DNA of 63,679 bases, counting the filler, from Kipferlia bialata (lineage: Eukaryota): NCBI GenBank assembly GCA_003568945.1. It is 4 parts of 4 records of this genome, joined end to end, with 100 filler letters (N's around TTAATTAATTAA, not from the genome) between each part and the next. Parts side by side here need not be neighbours in the genome. Positions count along the whole stretch, not along the records: positions 40,360 to 60,433 come from BDIP01000397.1; positions 60,534 to 63,679 come from BDIP01000486.1; 2 more parts are not named here. One strand, written 5' to 3'. Within the stretch, counting starts at the first letter, position 1, and the number at the start of each line of letters is the position of its first letter. A program made the position numbers and the translations under genes. The notes below the pieces were generated by a model. That model was not told where the DNA came from. It ran no database searches and worked only from the letters and a program-made list of their open reading frames with translations. Positions 53,988 to 63,679 of this stretch are shown here, piece after piece.

Positions 53988-56900
53988 GTACAGGCATCAG
54001 ACCCTTTCACTATGGTCTTTGACAATCTGCCGAAGTACGCCTTGTCAGTCAATGTATCCAGCTCTGGAGGGGGTATCATCACTCTCGATGTGGAGCCCGC
54101 GGATACCATTGACAACGTAAAGGCGAAGATTGAGGATAAAACTGGTAAGTAAGATTAAAGATTGAATTATCACATATTGAATCCAAGCAGGTAGAAGTAT
54201 ACTTCAGTATTGTGAACTATGCTTGACACTAATAGTAGGCATTGCTCCTGAGGATCAGATCTTGACCTTCGGTGACCGGACACTGGAGGACAACAGGACT
54301 CTGTCAGACTACAACATCACAAAGAATGATACTATTATCCTCGAGATCAGCGTAGAGTACACCTGCACGGACCTCTCCCCCCTCACCACCACCTCCACCT
54401 GTGGCGCTGAGACTGCTACCTTCACCCTCCTGGCAGACGGGGTACTATGCACCGAGGACAAGTCGGCGTCCATCACGGCCATCTGGGACAACACTGGCGC
54501 AGACACGAATGTAGTCACATGGGTAGAGGCCACCAGCAGCTACTCTGTGGCAGTGGTGGTGCCAGACGAGACGGGGGCCCTCACCCTGACTATCAAGATG
54601 GATGGTACCACCCTGGCCTCCGACACACAGACCATTGTCCAGAAGATCAACGCCGACAACACCGCTATGGCCTTACTGCCGGAGAGGGCCCTCATCAACG
54701 AGGAGTTTGAGTGGGAGATGACCCCGAACGATGACTGTGGGAGTGAGATCAGTGACGCCACCGTCGTGCTGTCTGTGTGTGCCGCAGATGGGGTGACATG
54801 CTCGGCCGATGAACTGCTGTACGCGGCGGACTGGTTCGGTCTCTACTACCAGATCCCTATTGAGGGTGTCTTCACGTTCTCTGGGTCTGTAGATGGAGTT
54901 GAGTACGCCAGTGACACTATCGATATCAGCCCCGTGTTCCTCACCATCAACTCTGCCACTGTAGGCATGTCAGCCAAGTACTCCACCATCACTGGCCTAC
55001 CCACACTAGTAGATGAGGCCTACACCTCCACTCTTGTTCTTAAGGACATCAGTGGCAACACCATCGAGTCTGACCTGTCACCTACTGTGACATGGGGTGC
55101 TACCACACCCACAATGACCTGGAACCCATCTACATTCGAGGTGAGGGCTCTGTATGTGTATATATGTACACAGTAACACCTAGTGCTCCGGTATATACAC
55201 AGACGGGCCTCTCTCCCTTTTAACACCAGTACACCCTGAGTGATACCTCTGCAAGCCTGCCTGAGAGCTACACGGTAGCTGTGTCGGTAGGGGGCACCGA
55301 GTTGGTGTCAAAGGATGTGGTCACTGTATTCGATGCCGAGACATCATTCACCCTCTCCATCGACGCCCTTTGTGAGACCGAGACGGTCCCCTTCACATTT
55401 GCCAAGGACGGGATCACCTTCACCACCGACATCTCTACGTACCTGACAGCCACCTGGGAGGACGATACTGCTGTGCCCATCACCTGGGTGCCCGCCTCCA
55501 CTTCCTACACGATGGCCGTAACTGCTCTCTCCACCCCAGAGGCACACACCCTCACCCTCTACCAGAACGGAGTGACAATGGCCTCTGACGAGGTCTCTCT
55601 CTCCTCCCAGGTCAGCCCCGCCAACTCCCCCCTGACCCTCCCTGCCACAGCTGTAGTGGGGGCCACCTTCTCTCTCAGTATGCCCCCCACGGACTACTGC
55701 GGCTCTAGTATGACAGAGACTGTGACAGTGAAGGTCACAGACAAGGACGGGACCCAGGTCGGGTCTTACATCAGCCTCGCAGACGGTACCTCATACGCTG
55801 GGTCCACCTCTCTCGATGAGGAGGGTACCTACACCTTCGAGGCCTCTGTCGGAGGGACACTAGTGCAGTCAGAGACTATCGACGTGGCTGCTGTGTTTGT
55901 GACTGTCGACACTGAGACAGTGGGTGTATCCACTGTAGAGTCCACCCTTACTGGCCTCCCCACATCTACGGAGGAGACCTACACCGCCACCGTCACCATC
56001 AAGGACATAAGTGGCGCCATCATCGCCTCTGACATCTCCCCGACCATGTCCTGGGGTGGCACCGCTGCCACACTCACCTGGGTGCCTGCCTCCAACCACT
56101 ACACATACACAGGCACGGAGGGTATCTCCCCCAGCGACCTCAGCGTCACTGTCAGTGTGGGCTCTGTCCAGATACTGTCTGAGGACGTGGACACCACATA
56201 TGGCGCCACCACCGCCATCGACCTCACTGTGATGGGCACCTGTCAGACGGAGCAGGTGGCCTTCTACTTAACTAAGGGAGGGGTGAAGCACACCACAGAC
56301 CTCTCATCCGTACTCACTGCCTCCTGGGAGGACAGCACTGCAGAGACAGTCACCTGGGTGCCTGCTTCCACTTCCTACACGATGGAAGTCACCGCCCCCT
56401 CCACCCCCGGGGCACACACCCTCACGCTCTACATTGGTGGCAACACTCTTGCCTCAGACTCAACCACCCTCACCTCGGTGCTCAATACCACCAACACCGT
56501 TCTCTCTCTCCCTGCTACCGCCGGACTTGGGGACTCTGTGGCCTTCAGCCTGACCCCCAATAACGACTGCAACGTAGTCATGGCAGACAAGACCGTGTCT
56601 CTCTCCATCACGGACGGAGACAGCACTGAGATCGAGACCAAGAGCCTGGGTACTGGGGACAGCTTCGCATACTCCCGCTCCTTCTCTGAGGAGGGTATCT
56701 ACACATACTCCACCTCTGTTGACAGTGTTGCAGTGCACACAGCTTCAGTGCAGGTGGCACCTGTCTTTGTGACTGTAGACTCACAGAGCGTGGGGGTGTC
56801 AGCCGTGCTGTCCTCTCTCACTGGTATGCCCACTGAGACTGATGTGGCATACACACTCTCTCTGTCAATCAAGGACCTGACTGGAGCCACCATTCAGGAG

Positions 56901-58406
56901 GATCTCTCCCCCACAATGACCCTTGACGGCACTGAAGCAGTCCTCACCTGGGTCCCTAGCTCCCACTCCTACACATACTCTGGCACAGAGGGTATCGAGA
57001 GTGCTGCCTACTCGGTGGTTGTGTCCGTTGGAGGAACGGTCCTTCTCTCTGAGCAGGTGTCTACAGTGTACGGAGTCACCACCAGCCTCTCACTCTCTGT
57101 CGCCAGCACCTGTGAGACGGAGACTGCCACCTTCTCTCTCTCCAGGGGAGGCAGCCCCTACACCACGGACGTGTCCTCTCTCCTAGCTGCATCCTGGGAG
57201 GATAGTACACCAGTCCCAGTCACATATGTGTCAGGCAGTGCATACTCTCTGGATGTCGCTGCTCCCTCTACCCCTGGTGCGCACACCCTGAGTGTGGCCA
57301 TAGAAGGGACCCCATTTGCCTCAGACACTGTGGCACTGAGTAGGGATCTGGACCCTGCCTCCTCCTCCATGGCTGTAGCGGCACAGTCACTCATAGACAC
57401 CCCCTTCACTGTGGCACTCACCCTCACTGACACCTGTGGTGCTGCCTTCACTGACATGGACGTAGAGGTAGAGGTGACAGACGGTGTGCACACTGAGTCC
57501 GACAGTGCCACCGCAGCCAACAGTCACTCAGTCACCCTGCAGACTGGGTATGAGGGAGAGTACACAGTCACAGCCACTGCGGGTAGTGTCTCTCTCTTCT
57601 CCGCTCCCATCAGCATCGCCCCAGTCTTTGTCGACGTCAGTGGGGTGAGTGTGGGTGTGTCAGCCGTCCACTCTTCCCTCTCTGACCTACCCACCTCCAC
57701 CAAGGAGGATTACACCGCTACACTCTCCCTGAAGGATCTCTCCGGAGACTCTATCGACAGCGACATCTCACCCGCTGCGGTATTTGCTGGCTCTGCAGTA
57801 TCCAGTGTCTGGGATGCTCAGACTGAGACCTACGCGGTAGCTGGTGCCTCAGGCGATGAAGCCGGAGACTACACGATATCCGTGACAGTGGACAGTGTGA
57901 CCATTCTGATGGAGACTGTCACTCTGGCCTCAGGGTTCAACTGGGTGCCTGTTGTGCTTGTACTTACCCTCCTAGTCTGTGTGGGTGGGGTGGTCTGGTG
58001 CTGCATCTGTGCCACTGGGCAGCCTGAGGGGGAGGACCCCTCTAAGAAGGATATGGAGGAGGGGGTGCTGCTCTCCCCCGTACCCGTACCCACCCATCAG
58101 GTTGTGCAACAGCCTCTGCTAGTACCTGTGGCCCCCATGCCCGTGTCTGTACCTATCATGCCACAGGGTGTGGATGTTACTGCCCCTCTAGCCGTGGTAC
58201 CCAGTGAGGGTGGCTCTGAGGACGAGTCTTCAGTGCCCTTTGACGGGGAGATTGACTGCGACTTCCACATAGTGGTAGAGGGCCACGAGGAGGTTGTCAC
58301 ACATGGTGTGACTGAGGGTGGCAACGTGTACACTGAGGTGCAGGATATGCAGATGGTGAGGGGTGTGAGCAGGCAGGGATTGCTCTCGGAGGAGTCACAG
58401 GACTAG
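53988..58406 (+). CDS. Type I membrane/surface protein: N-terminal ubiquitin-like domain, four ~290-aa units of Ig-like beta-sandwich repeats, TM helix, acidic cytoplasmic tail; exons 53988-54144, 54239-55140, 55230-58406 (first exon/signal peptide probably upstream)
   Basis: ITLDVEPADTIDNVKAKIEDKTG|IAPEDQILTFGDRTLEDNRTLSDYNITKNDTIILEI is clearly ubiquitin-like. Thr/Ser/Val-rich repeats recur (PVFVTVD...VGVSAV.S.LTGLPT, TC.TET.TF.L, TWVPAS.SY). TM segment WVPVVLVLTLLVCVGGVVWCCICA. Junctions are in frame. Confidence 0.85.
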
Positions 58407-59659
58407 GGCATGTGTCACACTCTTACATGACTCCCTATCTTTGCTGACTATATATGTAACATGTTGGTCCACTTACCCGCATGTTAACGATGGTATCTAC
58501 TGTGACGCTGGAACGACAATCACTATACTAACTGTACTACTAAATAGTTGAACTTCGTATATGAGTTGTATTATATTTCAGACCTGGCTACTTCAGGTTC
58601 GCCAAATCCTGCGTCGAACTAAGTAGTCAGAGTAGGGAACTCTTCTCTGTCAAAGTATCAGAAAGAGTAGCGGTATAAATAGTCGCTGACCTGAATGGTT
58701 CTCTGTGACAATCATTATCCATGATACTTCTTCTTTTGGTCTACTTCCACATCTTCTACGCTGAAGAATTATACTATATAGTAGCCCTTTCTTCTCGATA
58801 ATGGTGTAGGACATCTTAAGCTACCTTGGGCTGCCATACTTGGACAGTAATTCACAATTAAGGGTGTAGAAAAACGTACTCGACAATCATGATGGTTGAA
58901 TCATCACATATACCTCTACTCTAACATGAGTATCTGCTTCGGAGGACCCTACTGTGACTGTATTGGCGGACAAATTGCAGGTACATTTAGCAGAGGGAAA
59001 TGCCAGAGGTGTAGTGGCTCTAGATTACACTTAGGAATCCAGTTGACCTGTTCCACGTCGTCTTCTCTCCTCTTCCTGAGTCAGTGTGTAATCCCCAGGT
59101 GTCTGCGTGCTAGTCTGGCTCTTTATGGTTATGGCACTGGCCCTGATTGGCTGTGGGTGCTACTGCTGCGTCAGCATGAAGTAAGTTGGCGACACCAATT
59201 CTGCTTTCCTTTGGTGCTATCCACTACCCCATTCCACTCGCCGTACCCTATATGGCCATGTCTCACCTGCCAGCCGTAAGTTTGAGTACCAGCAGATGTA
59301 CGGGACGCGGCAGGGATCAGCCCCGGGTGCACCTGGCGGATACCAGGCACAGAGAATGGCCTAAGAGGCCTCACTCTGGGTACCAGCACCGATGAGTGGC
59401 ACTGAGTAGACTACTCAGTGAGCACCCAATAGATACATCCTGTCCGATTCGTATTTATTAGTTTGATCAAGAGCGTATTAATTGGGTTTGATAAAGAGCT
59501 GGTACATGGTTCTCCACATGGGAACCTGTAAACCAGAAATTGAATCCCATTGCTGCTATCTCCCTACATCGGCTCCATGGTAATGCACTCGTCCATGACC
59601 CACCCGTCCATATCACCGGGATGCCACATTTGCTGTGTTCAGGGACTGTGATGCACTCG

Positions 59660-60433
59660 TCCAGCTCTGTGGGCTGGGTTGCCTATGGAGGGCAAGGTGT
59701 CCTCGAGGGACAGGTGCTTCAGTTGGTATCCCAGCAGGTGCCTGAGAGTGGTTTCTCCCCTCTTCACACCCTATCCCCCACACCCCCACCTGTGAGCCAC
59801 TCCCGATGAGTGCTCGAGGTGATGATGTGGTGGAATATGTGGTGGAATGCAGTAAAGTCACCCCGTCCCCCCCATATTATGTGTCCCTCTCTCTACTAGA
59901 GCCCCACAGGCTCTCCACTAAGCAGGCCAGGCTGACTGCTCTATATATATCTATATATATACTGAGGGGTCAGGTGGCAGCCAAGCTCAACTCTGTGGAG
60001 GTGTGTGTCTCTCTCTCTCTGTTCTTACCCCCGTAGGGGGAAGGCGTAGATAGCCGCGGTAAACCAAGGCATGCATAATCTACTCTAACTCCTCAGATAC
60101 CCTCCCCCCTCACCCCTCAGGCCTCCAGGACACGCATGACTCTGGCAGACTCTACAATATATATATTATTGTCTACTACTATCAATATCTATATATCTAC
60201 TATAGGGTCATCCTGTGGGAGCTTATCACTGGTACCCAGACAACATATGTATATAGCTTCATATCTCTATTCGCAGACATCAGTCTCTCTCTCTCTCCCT
60301 CTCTTATCTATCTCATCCTGGGGGAGCTCATCCCTGGTACGCAGAGAGCAGTCTCTCTCTCTCACACACACTCTCTGACCCCAGGCATGAAGCCCCTGCT
60401 GAACCAGTCCTTTGCCATGATCCCTGCCCTCAT
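59660..60433 (+). CDS. Fragment of a hypothetical intron-containing gene cut by the contig end
   Basis: Short coding-like exons bounded by ccccag/gt (SVGWVAYGGQGVLEGQVLQLVSQQ, GQVAAKLNSVE, GMKPLLNQSFAMIPAL). Confidence 0.3.
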
Positions 60434-60533
60434 NNNNNNNNNNNNNNNNNNNNNNNNNNNNNNNNNNNNNNNNNNNNTTAATTAATTAANNNNNNNNNNN
60501 NNNNNNNNNNNNNNNNNNNNNNNNNNNNNNNNN
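60434..60533. other. Artificial contig-joining linker
   Basis: 44 N + TTAATTAATTAA + 44 N. Confidence 0.95.
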
Positions 60534-60648
60534 TAGGGTGGGTGTGCCCCCCCCCCCCCCCCCCCCCGTATGTACGATAAGAATTATTATTATACATTAT
60601 TATATATTAGTATGCACTATTTTTGAGAGTGTAATGTCTGACCCCCAG

Positions 60649-61116
60649 GGAGAAGGAGAAGGACCAGACCAGTGGGCTCACCCCATACTTCATAGGTATG
60701 CATATTGTTTAATTGTTCTGAGAATGACTATTCTCAAGCACACAAATGCCCATACATATACGATGTACACCTATACGTTCGGTGACTCTCTATCCTCATC
60801 TTCTGGGAAATACTTCCTTTACCAGCTCACACCAGGCTCCATTGTGTCCATCCTGTTCCAACAGTATTACTATGCATGTATTGAGTATATTCATCTCATA
60901 CAGTCTTTGTATGTTCATTTATGCTCAGGCTCTATCGTGTCCATCCTGTTCTTCCAACAGTAATATACTTCTATGCTATATACTTTTATATATACTATTT
61001 ACACTCTAACACCAGGCTCCATTGTGTCCATCCTGTTCTTCCAGCCCCCCATTGCCGTGGCTGCCATAGCCAGTCTGTGCACAGGTACACACAGAGTGTA
61101 TATATATCATCAATGT

Positions 61117-61152
<36 letters not shown>

Positions 61153-63281
61153 CCTCTCTGTCTTCTTACACCCCTATTCTCCAGGTGACTATGCGGCTGC
61201 CATCATCGATGTTTTCTCTCTCTCTCCCCCTCTCTCTCTTCCCCCCTTCATATACCCTTATCCCCCAGGTGATTATGCCGCTGCCATCATCGGTGTTGGG
61301 TTTGGAAAGCACAAGCTGGTGGGAAGCAAGGTGAGGCATGCGTCTCAATCTGTGTCTGGAATTTCTATACGATTGGATTAGGTAGGTCAAATTCTACCCT
61401 ATGTCTCACCCCCAGTCCCTTGGGGCTCCATCACTTAGTTGTGTGTATATATATATATCGATATGTTTAAGCGTATATGTAGTTGTGTGTCTAATCCCAG
61501 TCCCTCGAGGGCTCCATCGGATCACTTAGTGTCTATATATACTTATATATATATGTGTGTATAATGTATAAGTATACTGGTTCCTCACCCCAGTCCCTCG
61601 AGGGCTCCCTGGGATGCTTCGTGGCCTCTCTCATGACCAATGCCCTGGTCATCGTGGCAGTGGGTGAGTGGGTGTATATATATACATACTATATATGTAC
61701 ATACATACTTGCTTCATATATATTCCTTTACATATACTGAGCCTTCGACTCTGGACCCCTTGTTCTCTCCGATAGTTAGCCCTATGCCTCGATCTATTCC
61801 TCCATCTCTGACATCTTTAGTTTTAGCCTCTGACGTGGCAGTGGGTATTGTATGTATTTATACATTCATATATATTACTCTCTATTATTATATCTTACCC
61901 TTCAGTCACTGACCTTGGCCCCTCCGATGTCATGTATATACACACATATATTTATATATATATAGGATAGTATTTGTATAAATATATATGTGTGTATATA
62001 AATATATCTAACCCCAGCCACTGACCTTGACCCCTCCGATGTCCTTGGCCTTGCCACGGCAGGGGCATTCTGCTGCACAGTGGGTATGTATGCATATACA
62101 TATATTATAGTATATTTTTATATATATGCATGTGTAGTATTGTGTACATAGTGGATTGTATATATGCGACGCCTGGGGCATTCTGCTGCACAGTGGGTAT
62201 GTATGCAAAGATATATAAGCTTTGATATTATATATAGATATTCCTCAACGACTAGTGAGTGTATATATATGCGTATAGTTCCATATATATATATGCACCA
62301 TTGACTAACCTCATAGGAGGTCTCTGTATACACTGCCAAACATATGGTTTGCTCTTGTAGAAGTGTACTCTCATACCACCAACTACTCATATATATGTAT
62401 ATATGTTGACAATATTACTATGTATGTATGTGTGCTACATACTTACCTATCAGGAGAGCTCTTCTCCAGTAACCCCATATTTGTGAGTGTTGATATGTGT
62501 CATTCTTTGGTACTATGCTGTCTGTTGGTTATATATATCTGTTTCGATGGACTAACCTGTCCAGGAGAGCTCTTCTCCAGCGATGTCTGGATGCTAGACG
62601 ACAACTTTGTGGTGCCAGTGACTGGGGCAATAGGTATGCCGTGTTGTATGTAGTTAGTGTGTATATGAGATTTGTGTGAGTATGTTGGTGTACATACCTA
62701 GATACACAATCAGTGACTGTAGCCATATGTGCACTGTGCCAGTACCAGCATGTATTAATACTGTAAATGCGCATGTATATAGTGAGGAGCTAATCTGTAT
62801 ATAGTATTTGGGTGACTATGCTTTCATATATGTATTCACCTTTCCCCAGGCAAGTTTGTGCATAATATATTACATGTTGTATATTGTGTTGTAAGATAAT
62901 CTCAGTATGTGGTATTCGTTGACTATGTGTGCACATATATGCATATATATATGTGATTCTATATATTTCTATACACCTAACCCCAGGCATGTTTGTGTGT
63001 ACTGCTATGTATGCATGTATGTGTGTGTGTGTGTATGTATGTATATTTGTGTATATATTTATATCCACCTAACCCCAGGCATGTTTGTGTGTGCTGCTAT
63101 AAAATATATATAATATGTATATATAAATGTATGTATATATATATTTCTGTGTATAGCTTACCCCCAGGCATGTTTTGTATGTATGTATGTATGTTTATGT
63201 ATTATTCTATATTGCTTACCCCCAGGCATGTTTGTGTGTGCCGTGCTGCAGGGTGCCAACCTGTCATTCAGCAGTTTCTAG
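60649..63281 (+). CDS. CTP-dependent lipid kinase of the Dgk1/phytol kinase/dolichol kinase family (5' truncated)
   Basis: Spliced: REKEKDQTSGLTPYFIGSIVSILFFQPPIAVAAIASLCTGDYAAAIIGVGFGKHKLVGSKSLEGSLGCFVASL...ELFSSDVWMLDDNFVVPVTGAIGMFVCAVLQGANLSFSSF*. It contains the family motifs GD.AA..G..FG, KSLEGS and DDN...P. Confidence 0.85.
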
Positions 63282-63679
63282 AGGAGAGAGAGAGATAGAA
63301 AGAGGGAGGGGGAGAGAGAGAGCGATGTGAACAAGTAGAGGAACTGGTAGAGTGGCCCGTCAGCTTCTACGGAGAGATGAGTGATGGAAGCATATGTTGG
63401 AGAGAAGTGTTGTAATTCATAGGAGTGAATATTAGGAGTAATAGAAAGGACAGAAGGTCACAGTATATCCGTCAGGGTAGTGGAGAATTCTATTCTCAGA
63501 ATAGGTACTACTTAGCAAAGGTTTTACGGTACGCTGTACTCTCTTTCAGAGTCTGAAGACAACACTGTGTCACATCAGCAGCGTATGTCCGTGTCTGGGT
63601 ATATATATACTAGTACAATAGCGCGTATGTGCGTGTCTGGGTATATATATACATATTGAGTGTAGACCCTTAACCCTTG

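Noticed and set aside
20083..60533. TTAATTAATTAA inside N-runs at about 20.2-kb periodicity
   Set aside because: Artificial linkers joining similar-sized contigs (20077 and 20074 nt). There is no biological periodicity or synteny across them.

Overview
Eukaryotic, very intron-rich protist DNA. Introns are GT-AG, rich in (TA)n/(GA)n, and the branch point sits directly against the 3' splice site (YTRAC-CCC(C)-AG). This resembles a fornicate such as Kipferlia, but that is inference only. The window is four unrelated contigs joined by artificial 100-nt N/TTAATTAATTAA/N linkers at 20083, 40260 and 60434. Genes reconstructed by hand-splicing: two convergent paralogous RING/coiled-coil/tail-anchor proteins, a large VWA + PSI-like Cys-rich protein, a TPR protein, a multi-TM protein, a degenerate kinase, a Sec10-like C-terminus, a GNAT acetyltransferase, a kelch-like protein, a second membrane protein, a type I membrane protein with a ubiquitin-like domain and Ig-like repeats, and a Dgk1/phytol-kinase-family enzyme. 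Most short ORFs in the supplied track are microsatellite noise. The main observation is that many introns contain partial 'shadow' copies of the neighbouring exon edges with their splice sites: exon starts are copied upstream and exon ends downstream. Several shadows differ from the real exon almost only at synonymous third positions (9/9, 6/6 and 5/5 differences in three hand alignments). Neutral decay does not predict this. It suggests the copies feed back into coding sequence through gene conversion, homology-mediated joining or unusual splicing.
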